A stretch of DNA of 61,267 nucleotides from Hydrolagus affinis (GCA_012026655.1 JAAILG010001832.1:1-61267), one strand, 5' to 3'. Shown: positions 36,821 through 50,279, counted from the stretch's first letter. The notes: generated by a model from the letters alone, not told the origin. Translations and numbers: made by a program.

Positions 36821-39800
36821 GTGGAGCGATTGTATATTTGTTAGGGAACATGTTTGTGTATTCGTGTCTTCCCCTATATCCTCTGTAAAACCTCCTGTGG
36901 TAAATTTCGTAGAGTTCCATAGCTACAATACATAAACAAGCCTTCAGGCCCAGCAAGCAATCACTACAAGACACTGCCCCTTGTGAAAGGTGTTATATAA
37001 ACGCAGGTTGTTGTGTTTGATGCCAGTTTGTGGGTCGGTGAGAAGATAAAGTTAGCAAGCTGATGGATTTTTCTGTGAAAGTTGAGTATGAAAGTCTGTG
37101 TGAATGATTTATATTTATTAGAAGTGCAGTCAGTGTCAGAAATCATCAATGGCTCAAAGGCATGGTAGTGATAGTACTGACAATTTTATACTAACATCCT
37201 TCGTGCATTTCGGTTGTGTGTGTTCATTGCAGAAAACTAGAACAAACGCTCCAAATCCCATCCAGTCTTACACGGTAAGGCCACTTTAGGTTGAAAAGCT
37301 ATCACAGGTATTTGGTAATAATGTAAATTCACTCTTATTTAGATAGATACAGGAAAGAGCAGGAAAGTAGGACTGATTGGGTAGCTCTTCCAAAGAACTG
37401 ACACAGGCATGGTGGGCTGAATGGCCTCCTTCTATGCTATAATATTCTATGATTCCACTATCTTAAAAGACAAAATGATCTTATTGGCTGAGACAAGGTG
37501 GAATTTGGGGTTTCATTGGCGTTTGCTGCAAGTTTTCATATTGATCGTTGTTAGACAATAGGAAAACAGACTCCAACCCAATTCCAGATATGAAAACAAC
37601 CCTGAAACATTGAAATCCTGCCCGGCCGTCTAAAGCCAGGCTGTTTAAAGTTGTTGCCAGAATTCCTTCACTGCTCAGTGCCATGGCAATGCTGTTCCTA
37701 CCCAAAGCATCTCTGAGGAGAAATTCCACCTGAGTCTGGATTTACTCTTATTTATGTAGCATCTTAGAGCAGTCCAGAATTTGGCAAAATATGAAATTCA
37801 GTCTAAGCTTTGAAGTCAGTTTTTTTTATTTCTTAAAAGAACTTGGAGAAAACTTCCTTCAAAATGAAGCCTGAGTTTTAATAATTTGCCAAATTCGGTG
37901 CACTCTGAAAAGCTAACAAAATAGAGGTAATCTAGACACAGGCAGAATATCTCCCCATGTATTTTGACCATTTTTATCCAGCAGAGGGTGATTTCAGAGT
38001 TTAATGGGGATCAGTGAGTTCTACAAGTAATGACCCGATGGAACCATCTGTTTGATTAGAGGCTACTCATCAAAACTCTCTAACATTAGTTGACATGAAA
38101 TGGGCCATGGCATTGCCAAATGGCCTGAATCTCAGTCTATGTTGATTTAGCAGATCTCACACAGCTTAGGGAGATGTAAATCAGCTAGGGTTGGCACACC
38201 TGAGTACTGACACCTTTGTTGAAACGTGTGTGTGTGTGCAGACATTGGGCAATGACTGATGAGAACTGGGCTGTGGTGGACTCTGGTTGAACAGTCTGGC
38301 CCACAACCAGTGCCACGCATCAATAATGGGTCCTTGTGCGAATTACCAGAAGGTGCCTCTGGAGCCAATGGAACTCTATACCAAAAGGGAAAAGGAGTAG
38401 AAATACCTTTTGAAGAAGAGAGCAAACTGGAGGGTGGTGGAGGGGGGTGGGGGGGAAAGGGGGGGAAAGGGGGGAAACAAGTCAACATTGATGAGGCTGA
38501 GCAGCAGTTCACCCTATGCTGCCATTTTTAAGATGAATGGGTTGGAGGGATTCACAGCTGATGGTGCAAGGAACAGGTTGACATCCAACTGAAGCAAGGG
38601 CAAACTAAGTGGCCGAACTACATAATGGTAAGAACTAGTTTGTGGCATTATGTATGGGATGAATTTAAGCCTTGGGACGTTCTCCTGGTGTAAAAGGCGC
38701 TATACAAATGTAACTTTGTTGTTGTTAAAATATCAACATCATGCATTTTTATAGCATAAGATCTCTGAGTGCTTTATAAAGGCAAGGTCAGACACAGAAC
38801 AGAACAAGGCAAAGAGGAGGTGGGGAAAGGAGATGGCCATGGGCATGGTCAAAGAGATAGGTTCTAAGACAGGATTTAAAGACTGATAAGAGTTCAAGAG
38901 ATTAGGCGGAAATAATCTGAAAGTAAATACTTGAGGTTTACGAATTCCTAGAAGGAATAAGTATAAATTGTGTTTCAATTTTGATTAAACTGGGAAAGTT
39001 CCTATGCCCACATCACCTCCCTTTTCATTTATTCGTCCATCCGCTCCACCATGGGTGGCCATCATTCTAGACACTAAGCCTGAAACTTGGAAGTCTCTGC
39101 CTTGATCCCAGCACCTCACCCAATCCTTGCCTGTCTTCAGTTCACACATGTAGACCTTCCTCTTCGACTGTGCCTACAGTTATCGTCCCTCTCGTTCTAT
39201 CTTATTCTCTCTCTCTCTCGCTCTCTACATTTAAAACCCATCCAACAACCTAGCCCTTTGACCATGCCTTTGGTCAACACACTCCTATCCCTCATCAGCA
39301 CAAACATTTCCACTCCATCTTTGTGAAACATTTCAACAACAGCAACTTGCATTTATATAGCACTTTTCATGAAGGGAGAGGTGACCATAGGTACAGGCAA
39401 GTTTTAAGGTAGGATATAAAGCTAGATAAATAGAGGGCAGATGGAGAGATTGAGGGAGAGAGTTGTTCTATAATGGCAGTTCATCAGCTAATACTCTGGG
39501 ATTTCCTAATGGAAATGTATTGCAAAAAGAATCCCATTTTTACTGATCAGAGTAAAATGCCCTTTATCGTTTCCCCTATTCAGCCTATTCAGGCTCCCCA
39601 TGGTGAATGAACACAGCCTACATACCAAAGAGCGTCTGGTGCTCAAAGAGAATTAACGGCACATCAAGTGAGTCATTAGCTTCAGGGGAGCAAAACTTAG
39701 AACGGGAAAAATATCTGGCTTTATCACTTTCAGGGTAAAGTCATAAGTTCATAACATTGGTTCAGATAAAGAAGAGCCTTCAGAATACCCATCATAGCAT

Positions 39801-40061
39801 CAAGCTACATTTCCAATGAGTTCAGTGTCCTGGCCTCCAACGCACTTCTTGGCAATCTGTTCTAGTCATTGACTACCCTCTGAGTAAAGCAAAACTTCCT
39901 GATATCTGACTGAAACCACTATTTGCAACTGTAAACCTATGTTTTCTTTTCTCCTGTCTCTATTGTATCCTAAAGTATTGATCTTGTTAATTGTACTATT
40001 TCCATCCCATTTAATATGTTATAGACGTCGAAGAGGACACTCCTGTGCGCAATTTGCTGTG

Positions 40062-40298
40062 TGTTTGTGGGACACTGCTGTGCGCAAATTGGCTGCCGTG
40101 TTTCGCCCACAAATGTAGTCAATTTTCCTACTCTTCTTCATCCTGCCCCTCCCCTCCCCTCCTGCTCTTGTCCCTACCTGACTGTACAGCGCCTTGGGAC
40201 GTCCTCTTGACGTGAAAGGTGCAATATAAATGTATTGATTGATTGATTGATTGGATGATTGATTGAATGATTGATTGATTGGATGATTGATTGATTGG

Positions 40299-40344
<46 letters not shown>

Positions 40345-40382
40345 CGATCGATCGATCGATTGATTGATTGATTGATTGATTG
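40062..40382 (+). mobile_element. Mosaic retroposon: Deu core + pyrimidine tract + L2-type tail + long (GATT)n
   Basis: Same junction and tail as 48158-48454. Confidence 0.75.
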
Positions 40383-40823
40383 AAGAGGTCTCCCCCTATG
40401 CGTGGTCTGCTCAAGATTGCAGCCTGTCTAATCATTGCTTCGTTCCTCTAAAACTGGTGACCAGCAGATCAGAGTTGGAAAACGGTGACACTGAAATCTG
40501 ATGCAAAACAGAATTTGCCCGTTGGCAACATGCAATTGGGTGATATTGAAACTGATGGGCAGGAGCAACAGCAGCTCTATTATAAGTGTCAATCCGCTGT
40601 AATTCCGTTCAACAAGCTTCTCATTTTAATTTCACAGACATTGAGTGATTTAATGCATTTGGGTTTTCGCTCATAGTTATTTGATAATGAAATAATCCTA
40701 GCGTTTGATATAGCCCTTTCTCATCAGCAGAGGATGTATCAAAGAGCTTCACAAGATATATTGTGAAGTGGAGTGCATTTTGTAAGCGAACACAGAAGTC
40801 AGTTTGCTCACAGAAGTAACACT

Positions 40824-41143
40824 TTAATCCTTGCATTTGATATAGCGCTTTTCACATCTTATCGACGTCCCAAAGCGCTTCACAGAATATACTGCAAAGT
40901 GAATTGACTGTATATTTGTGGGTGAAATGAGGCAGCCAATTGCGTACAGCAGCGTCCACACAAACAGTCGTGGATTGAAATGACCAATTTTATTATTGTG
41001 GGTATTTTTGTGGGGAGGGATTATTATTAGGAGTGTGGAGTAAGGAAACTCGCCCAAGGTTCTACTCTGATCTGCCTGGATTTGAATACAGGTCTCACGC
41101 TTGTAAGTCGAGTGCTCTAACCACTGAGCTACATGAGCTCCAC
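40824..41143 (-). mobile_element. Full-length tRNA-Deu SINE inserted in an older same-strand SINE (40690-41225)
   Basis: Complete head, core and tail; the older element resumes at AACAGCCGTGAGGTGAATGA. Confidence 0.88.
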
Positions 41144-42438
41144 AGCTACAGGAGCTAACAGCCGTGAGGTGAATGAACAATTTTATTTGGGGGATTGTCG
41201 GTCAGGGCACCAGGAAAAACTCCCTTTATTTGCCTTTGCAGTCAAAAATAGAAAAAACTAAACTGTGAGGATCCATTTGCGCATTGCGCCACTTGCAGCA
41301 GCCAGGCCGATGGTTTCAACTCTGGCTCTTTTGTGATAACGTTTACTTTTGCAGTCTCCTTTCCGTTCAGTCTCATATTGCGGGCTCTCTGCTTCCACAC
41401 TCTTCACACACTTTAGCCAGAGAGACAGGATGGTCTGAGTCATGGAATTCTCCACCCTCTCTTCCGTCTGCTGTTCTGTATCGGCTAAAAGTAGTCTCAG
41501 TTGGGGCTGAATTTTATTTTTTAGTGATAGCTTGGCAGTCAAACTTCCACACTTCATCTCGAGGAACAATTCATCCTTAGTTAATGGGATTCTTAATAAC
41601 GAATCCAGTTAGAATTTTGGCAGCCTCTTGTATGTTCTTTCTCAACAGCAAAGATCCAGTGGATTTCACACATGGCTTTGGAGGGTAGTTCCTGTGGATC
41701 GATGTCACGCACAGGGTGTGTTCCTCCAGGGAAAGAATATGCGATTTTTTCCGGATACAAAGCCTCCATACATAACGCTGGCACACATATTTGGAACTCT
41801 GTCTCGGCTGGTGATCGATTTAGCAATTCTCATACACAGGGAGAGAGACAAACATGTCGTGAAGCTATCCTATTATCTAAAAAATATTATTGTTTATTTA
41901 AGACTTATTAGACAATTGTAATAGTATCACAACTTTTTGATCGCAGTGTACTGTATATTCCTTATAGTTTTTGTGGCAGGTATAGCCACCTTAAGGACAT
42001 CACAGAGTCATTAACAATTTGGGCCTTTATGTACTTTAATACTGACCTCAAAGGGAATGCAGCAAGTTGAGAGGGAGCGACAGATCATCAGTGTTTCATT
42101 GTTGCACCAATAGGTTGGGAAATGTGACGACTCCATATTTGTCTTGTGACACAGATGAAATAAAATGTAGCCTGTGGTGCTGTGGGATGATCGTACATTT
42201 TATTCTTGTTTTTAACCACTAAGATCCATGAAGGAACGCCCTGTTTAATTCTCTTGAGGTCTGTCATAACGTTAACAACAAACAATATATAATTTTTGTT
42301 TCCATTAAACTTTGAATTGAAAGATTCTCCGATGGCCAAGTGGGTGAAGGCACTTAATACTAACGATCCTTGCAATTGATACAGCGCCTTATCATGTCGT
42401 TGATCTGTCTCAAAGCGCTTCACAGAATATACTGTAAA

Positions 42439-42770
42439 GTGGAGCTCTTGTAGCTCAGTGGTTAGAGCACTCGCCTTACAAGTGGGAGACCTGTGTTCGA
42501 ATCCAGGCAGATCAGGGCATAACCTTGGGCAAGTTTCCTTACTCCACACACACGCCTAATAATAATCCGTCAAAAAAAACCACAATAATAAAAGTTGGTC
42601 ATTTTCAATCCATGACTGTTTGTGGGGGACGCTGCTGTCTGCAATTCACTGCCATGTTTATCCCACAAATATCCAGTCAATTCACTTTACAGTATATTCT
42701 GTGAAACGCTTTGATAAGATGTGAAAAGCGCTATATCAAATGCAAGGATTATTATGTTATATATTATTAT
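42439..42770 (+). mobile_element. Full-length tRNA-Deu SINE nested in an antisense SINE (42360-42790), TSD TAAAGTGGA
   Basis: TAAAGTGGA at 42435-42443 and 42770-42778; host consensus ACTGTAAAGTGAATTGACTGT is split at this point. Confidence 0.9.
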
Positions 42771-45339
42771 AAAGTGGATTGACTGTTATTCAGTTATACC
42801 ATGGCTGCATACCTCCTGCCTATCAGTCTCAATATCACCAGCATTGGGTTGTACTTGGCTGCAGGCTTGAATCACATGGTCTGTCCTGGGTTAGCTCAGC
42901 TTAAATGGTGCAAACAAATTTACAACACAATACAATTGACATTTACATAGCGCCTTTGAGTTAGGAGAATGTCTGTCTCAAAGTGACCTTATCATTAGCG
43001 ACAGGGCACACGAGCTGGGGACGGAAGCCCGAGGAGGTTGGAGCGGGGGGGAAAGGTGACCGAATGTGCATTCATTTTGGCAATACAAAGTCCCTATAAT
43101 TGGACCACTGTTCAGTGACCTCTGCTGTAAAGTATCTGCATGTACATGTTGTGTGAGGAACCTCTGTCGTGGCTCAATACATGAACGATAAAGTCCTGGA
43201 GGAGGTAACCAGAGGAAGTGTGTCAAATATGTGTAGACTAAAGCAGTCATTGAGTGAAGTAGGGGTAAGGGAGAAGAGACATTTTACAACGGGCTAAAAA
43301 CCTTCTGGACCTTTGAAAAAGACCTTACCGGGAGCAATATCATGGAAAATGTGCAGAAAGACAGTTGTATTTCATCCCTCACCCTTTTCAGCTCCCTTCT
43401 CCCTCATCTCAGCTCGGTTGCCCAGTCAACAGTGTCAAAAGCTTTGAGACATCCTCCCAACGTGAAACCGGTTATGTAAATTGTACTGCGTTAGAATCCG
43501 ACCAGCGGGATCCTTGTGTATCTCCTCCTAAATGAACTAATACTACTATTAAATATCTATTTAGGGATGCATAAAGCTAGGTTGAGATTTTTTTTAATGT
43601 TAGTTGCACTGGATATGGGGATATGATACAATCAATAGTTACTGTGAATGCTGCAGTTGCCAACATGATGAATCTCAACCTTGTTTTTGTGCAGCAAAAA
43701 TAGCGACTGGATGCTGGAAGCATAGGAGCCTTAGGCGCTTGACATCATTGGTTTGAACAGTTAATGTTCTGTTTCGCAGTTTCTTTTGGACCCTAAAATC
43801 CTTCGGACCTCACGTCAGTTCTTGAGGCTTTATTAAATCAGCATACGGTGCTTATAATTTCTTTGCTTGTCACACTCGGTTCATGTCAGGCTTTCTGAGA
43901 TAGTGTATGCTGGGCTTTACTAATTGGAGGCCTGCAGCCCTGGGGGAAAACTGTGGGTAATCTCAACATCGTGGTGAAATGTGTGCAGGAGTGAGATGCC
44001 ACAAATGCACGAACAAACAAGCACAACACATACAGAAACCTACTGATGTATACAAACATACACACGCATGTATACACCACAAACACACATACACACACAT
44101 ACATACACACACGTAAACACATGTTCAGGAGTATTTGTGTGCACGCATGTGTGTACATATGTTTGAGCATTTGATGCTGCCTTTATAGTGAATTGTGCTG
44201 CTTTTTTTCACAATGACACAAACCAATTGGTTGCAAGGTGAGCAGACTGGTATGAGTTGGATTAGAATGATGGATTGGGTGGTTACTGCCACCAAGGGCA
44301 ACATGGATATAGTAAATGAAGCGTGGAAAATATAAAGTCCCATCCTTCTTTCATCTGACAATGTGAAAGCTATTTTCTCCACAGGTATCTACCATAACTG
44401 GCCACATAATTTTTGATGTGGGACTGGGTAAACTCATGATACTGCAGTAACAGGATGCTTCTGACATTGTTAGCCCATCGCTGAGGTAGAGCAAAGGGAG
44501 TTTTGAGTCTGAGAGCTGAAATTCTCTGTGTAGTTTCCATGTAGTGACATTCGTGGTGTTACTCTCTGTGATTTTCCTCAATTAAAATTGCACATTGTCA
44601 AAGTCTGCATGTACACATGGAATCTCAACTGGAATTTGAACCATCTGGTTATGTTATACTGACTTGGAAATACTTAACAAATAATAAGAGAAGGGAGTTT
44701 CTCCATGTGTCCTGGCCGACATCTCCCTCCTCCTCCACCACCCACCGCATAAACTACACTATTATTATTATTACATTTATTCAGACTCGCGTTTCTTCAC
44801 TAGTTATGATTGTTTCAGAACAGATCTGGTGGGATTTAATTTGGAACATCTTGATGGCATAATAAGACACTATATCAAATAAAAGGATTATTATCTTTAC
44901 TAATGCTGTATTAACAATCGTTGTATTTGCTATAAACCCTACAATATCTCAAAGGTTTCAGTAAATTGAAGTGACTGTGCATTTGCACATAACAGTGTGT
45001 CATAACTAGCCATGAAGTGAAGAACCACTTTGATCTGGAAGATTGTTGGGCAGTACACAGGCAGTGCAGGGTCAGCCTAGTCTATGGGCTCAAAGTGGAG
45101 TTTGAATCCACAACCTTCTGACCCAGAGATGAAACTGCCACCAAGTGAGCTAGGCTGGCATGGGCTATCCAAAGTGTTTCTTTCATTCCCAAGCACTGAA
45201 GCCATCCCTCACCCATACTCCCAGTTGAAAGAAAAGCTTTGTTTAGACAATAGCAACGGAAACATCAAATATATCATGGAGTTGCATGTTTTCCAGAAAC
45301 ATTCTCGTTGAGACATGTTGAGCAAATGGAAATTCGAGA

Positions 45340-45700
45340 TTCGTTTGGAATAAGATGGAGCTGATGGATGTTAGAGCTGTGGAGATGAACAAGAAGAGCA
45401 TCAGGAAAGCCTTAAGTGGGATTTAACGGTAGCATGAGCATGGGATTCAGAGGCATTTGTTTTGTGAGATAGGGGCAGAAGCAAGAAATATGGCAGGAAT
45501 CAAGTAAAGTGATGCTGGTCTGTGAACATATGAGAGGGAGAAAGAAGAGATGAGGATTAAATCACATGCCAAGGTTGTTCACGACTTCACTGAGTTTGAG
45601 AGGCTGGTTTGGTTGAGGGGTGAGAATTGGAAAAGAGGAAACCTTGGCAGGAGCAAAAAGAGGATGGCATATGTCTTCTTCGTGTTGAGGTGTGGCTCAT
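45340..45700 (-). mobile_element. Old L2 ORF2 internal remnant
   Basis: Minus reading LKLSEVVNNLGM-FNPHL resembles the L2 'NLGVxFD' motif. Confidence 0.5.
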
Positions 45701-46003
45701 TTCTTAATCTCATTAGGATTCACTGTGTTAAAGCTCTTGTTGTGGGCTTGCAAATTCTTTTATTGGTAAATTCAAGTGGTTGGAATGTTTACAGCAGGGA
45801 TTTCTGGCACACAGAGGTAAAATGCACTAATGGCCACAAGCTGGTGTGGTAATGTACGATTTGTGAATAAGAGTCTCTGGAATACTGGATTCCTATGGAG
45901 TTTTTGGATTCCAAACTGGGCTTGTGTAATTCATAACAAATTGAAAACTAAACCACTTTTTGTGTCAAAAAAACACAAAATACTGTACTGCAGACGCTGG
46001 ATT

Positions 46004-46190
46004 CATCCTTGCATTTGATATAGCGGCTTTTCACATCTTATTGACGTCCCAAAGCTCTTCACAGAATATACTGTAAAGTGAATTGACTATATTTGTGGGC
46101 GAATCACGGCAGCCAATTGCGCACAGCAGCGTCCCCCACACACAGTCGTGGATTGAAATGACCAATTTTATTATTGTGGTTTTTTTGGAC
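46004..46190 (-). mobile_element. 5'-truncated tRNA-Deu SINE
   Basis: Tail and Deu core matching 1343-1540. Confidence 0.85.
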
Positions 46191-48062
46191 GGATATCTGA
46201 AACAAACAGTGTTCCCAGCGCCTTCTGTTTTTGTTTCACTTTTATGTCACGGCGTGTTTCACAGTTGGTGGAACACTCTTTGTGAAGTAAATTTCGACAC
46301 ATCAATACACATTTTAAATTTGGGCAGCGTATGGATTCTGTAGTGGAGCTCATCGCTCAAAAATTCTAAACCTGTACCTTAGTTGATGTTTTCATTACAG
46401 TACAGTTGTGCTCCTTGCACACCAATGGACGTGCCTACTGGATTGTGCCGTCGGTTAAAAGATACGTGAGAGGATCGTGGCTGAGCTTCAGTGTATGACA
46501 ACAATCCCAGAGTAGTCAATCCAAGGGAACAGAGGAAGAAACGAGCAGTAGCAGGATTGTAAAACTGAAACTTGCTTCTGTCGGGAATTGTACACGTCTT
46601 TTAAGTTTGTGAGTGATCCAGTACTTCTCAGAATTCGTGAAAGGTTTGTCATTAGTAATTTTGTACGGAGATTAACTTTCAAAACGGCATTTGTTCTTGT
46701 TTATTTGATGTTAATAGAAACAAGTGGAGCAAACATCTGGGGTCAATTTTAAGAGGTTAAAATCTCCCAACTGCGATTTAGATGAAGAGTGCATTCTGTA
46801 CCTAGCGTAAAATAGTTCCGAGAGCTGTTCTGCGGATTAAAGAAGTGAATAAATAGTGTGCTTGATTCAATTTTCCAGCACCAGTCGATTTCTTTTGCTG
46901 CCAGACATGGAACCACAAAGCTGGGAAGATATTTCAGAACTGCCATTCGGAGCTGGGCGCCCAACTGAATTGCCAAAAGTTTTGCATCACCGTTTTCACT
47001 AGAGATATCAGTTTGCTGTGAATTGGCCGCAAATGAGAATGAAAGAAAGGACTCTGGTTAAAAAAGAGTTGTTATTGGCAGGACATTTGACATCAGACGG
47101 TAGTACATTTTTGTACTGTATGTTTTTAATGTGTTTTAATAAGAAACATATTTTTATCTCTCAGATATTAAAGGTACTTTTGTGGACCGCAGGGTGGGTG
47201 CACTGAACCACTGATATGGATAAGTAGTTTAGAACAATCTTAGCTGTAACCCTAGTGATAATACAGTAATAATATTAATAAATGTAATGAAATATAGGTG
47301 GCGAAAAATCTTATGTTAGCACTCTTCCCTGCTCCGTTATGGGAATACTTATTGGGAAAATCTCACTGTAAAAGCAGAACAAAAAGATCACTATTAGTGA
47401 TAAAGAAATAACTTTTTATTGCACTTTCTCGCCTACAAATACACAGTTGCTGCACTTTATAATGAAGCCTGTGAATTGCTTGAAATGTTTTGATGCTGTG
47501 ATGATGAGGTGTTATATCAAATAGAAGGATTCATATTGTTTTTATTGCCTCCAAATGTTTTGCACCAAATTTAGACAAGTGTAGTGACAATTTTTTATTG
47601 TGGGATTAATGTGGAACAGTAACGTGACTAATTTTAACTGGGTAATTGTTGCACAAGCCTTTGAGAGAATCTTGTCTTCTCTAGTCTGTCATGGGATCTT
47701 TAACTTGAAGAGTAGGCACATGGATTAAAGAAATGTATTGGTTTAATATCTTATGAAAAACATCTCCCAACCATGTAGCACTCACCCTGAACTCCACTGG
47801 ACTATCAACCTAGACTCTAATGTCTGAGGTCTGATGTGGTTCTGAGACCCAAACCTTTCTAACCCAGAGGCAAAAGTGTTACCAGTTGAGTTTAGTTATT
47901 AACGTAATAGATAATCAGCGTACAATAAACCACAACCATCACAAATTCGGCCACTAAAATCTTTTCAAAAGGATTTGATTTATCCATAAAAAGCTGAGCT
48001 GTGCAGATCCTGTTAGAGCTTTATCTCGGATCTCTAGTGTGTCCAGATTTTGCTGATCTATA

Positions 48063-48719
48063 AAAATAAATTTGCGTTTGATATAACACCTTATCTTGTC
48101 TTCGAGACGTCACAGAGCAATTCACAGAATATACTGTAAAGTGACAGTATACTTTGGCACAAATATACAGTTAGTTTCCTGTTCTCCTTCCCCCCCTATT
48201 TCGTCCCCTCCCCTTACCCTCTTTCCCCCCTTTCTCCCATAACCCCACTTTCACGGCTGTTTATGGGACACTGCTGTGTGCAAATTGGCTGCTGCGTTTC
48301 GCCCACAAATATACAGTCAATTCTCCTACTCTTCTTCATCCTGCCCCGACCTCTCCCCCTCCTGCTCTTGTCCCTACCTGACTGTACAGAGCCTTGGGAC
48401 GTGCTCTCGATGTGAAAGGCGCGATATAAATGTAAGTTTTGATTGGTTTGATTGAAAATGTGGCAGCCAAATCCCACTTCATTGTCCCACAAACAGTCAT
48501 GGATTGAGTGACTGATTTATTATTATTTGTTTAAAGGAATTATTATCCCCAGCAAAGCGATCCGCCAATCAACTAACAACTGATTTCCCTACTTAATGTT
48601 GGGTGAACAGAGGCGTGTGGTGTAAGGAAACTTGCCTAACGTTTCACCCTGCCCGGAATTGAACCTAAGTCTCTCGCTCATGAGGCAAGTGCTCTAACCA
48701 CTGAGCTACAGGACTCCAC
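48063..48719 (-). mobile_element. Long-variant tRNA-Deu SINE interrupted by an antisense mosaic element
   Basis: Tail 48063-48155; core and head 48455-48719 with the internal GGGTGAACAGAGGCGTG segment. Confidence 0.8.
48158..48454 (+). mobile_element. Mosaic Deu-core/L2-tail/(GATT)n retroposon, copy 2
   Basis: CAGTCAATTCTCCTACTCTTCTTCATCCTGCCCC...CCTGCTCTTGTCCCTACCTGACTGTACAG shared with 40118-40190. Confidence 0.75.
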
Positions 48720-48844
48720 AATTAGGATCAAGCTCAGCTTTGTGTAGTCTTACTGTCAAGGGTTCACAAATGGAGGGACAATGGCTACTTGGCCAAAACA
48801 TTGTGTAAACATTGCCTAGCAGAGTGAACAGGGAATCAAAATGC

Positions 48845-48960
48845 CCTGGTAGTGGTGGAGTCGGGCAATGTTGCGGAGGTGAGAGAAGGCAGAGCAGATC
48901 ATGGCTTGGATGTGGGGGAGGAAAGGCATGTGAGGATCAAACAAGGCACCTACTGACTGT
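48845..48960 (-). mobile_element. L2 ORF2 internal fragment
   Basis: LFDPHMPFLPHIQAMICSAFSHLRNIARL is a conserved L2 ORF2 motif. Confidence 0.75.
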
Positions 48961-49454
48961 CTTGGTGATGTGGAGTGTGCAACCATGAAGTTGATGCTGC
49001 CAGTGCCTGATGTGTGAAGGCGCTGGCACGAGCCTTGGTCCTCTAAAACAACAAAGCCTTCCCATTGCTGTGAAAACACAGCTCTGCTCACATGGCGTTT
49101 TCTTATGTGTGTGCTCTGCCAAATATATATGGTTTGTGGGAAGCTGGCTCTGTGCTTCAGAAGAGTTATACTTATTGGGCTCATAATTCTGTCTCAGTTT
49201 AATAGCAATAATGTGTAAAGCTATGCTCTGAGTCACTGGATTCTTTTTTATCAACGGATCATTCCCTACATTTTGTGGTTTTAAAAAAAATAACAATTTA
49301 AATAAATGACCTAAGACTGTAAGTTAATGATCTGTACCCCAAAGCCTGCAATTTCTGTTCAGCCACAACTTAATAACAGCCAGGGGAAAATTCTGCCTGA
49401 CAAAATTCCTTGACCTCTTCAGCAGTGTTACAAAGCAGATAACAGGATCTGCAC

Positions 49455-49790
49455 CATGTGATTTCATTTACTTGCACTTTAAGAAGGCTTTCGATCAACT
49501 CCCGAGTGTCCATAATTGAACTAAAAGCAGCAGGTGTAGTGGGATGAATGAGAACGTTGGTTGAAATGTAGGAAGCAGAGAGTATTCATGAGAGGAATAA
49601 TGTCATACAGGAGGAAAGTGCTAAGTGGATTCCCATGGGAGTCAGTGCTTAGATCTCTGTCTGCTGTTTTGATACTAAGGCATACAACACTTGCTATTGT
49701 CTGAAATTGGTAGAGAGAATGCAGCAAAGGAATCACAGGAGGAATTGGATATGCAATGCAATCGGGGAGACAGGGAGACTTGAAGGTAAC
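49455..49790 (+). mobile_element. Decayed CR1 reverse-transcriptase fragment
   Basis: TACTTGCACTTTAAGAAGGCTTTCGAT ~ YLDFKKAFD; a frameshifted GVPQGSVLG-like segment near 49625-49655. Confidence 0.55.
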
Positions 49791-49925
49791 TGAGGCTCCC
49801 ACAATGGCTCGGTGGTTTACATATTAAGTGCAACCCTGGACCACAGAATTTCACCGTAATGTTTCAAGTTTGAATTCCTAATCTTTCCTGTGTTAACTGA
49901 GCATTAAACAGCGTTTCTCCAATAC

Positions 49926-50279
49926 AAGTAGACACTGAGGGACTGTTTCCCCTGGTAGGAGAATCTATAACCAGGGGGTCACAGCCTTAAAATTAAGGGT
50001 CAGCCATTTAGAACAGAGTCGAGGAAACATTTCTTCACTCAGAGGGAAGTGAATTTATGGAATTCACTACCCCAGAAGGCTGTAGATGCTCAGTCCTTGA
50101 ACATTTTCAAGGCTGAGACTGATAGATTTTTGAAAAATAGAGGGATTAGTGGATATAGGGATAGAACAGGTAATTAGAGTTAGGTGAGAAGATCAGCCAT
50201 GATCTTATTGAATGGCAGAGCAGGCTCAAAGGGCTGAATGGCCTACTCCTGCTCCTAATTCTTATGTTCTTATGTTCTA
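49926..50279 (+). mobile_element. Young CR1 3' end with (TTCTTATG)n tail
   Basis: Highly similar to 59397-59757; GGGCTGAATGGCCTACTCCTGCTCCT terminal motif. Confidence 0.88.
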
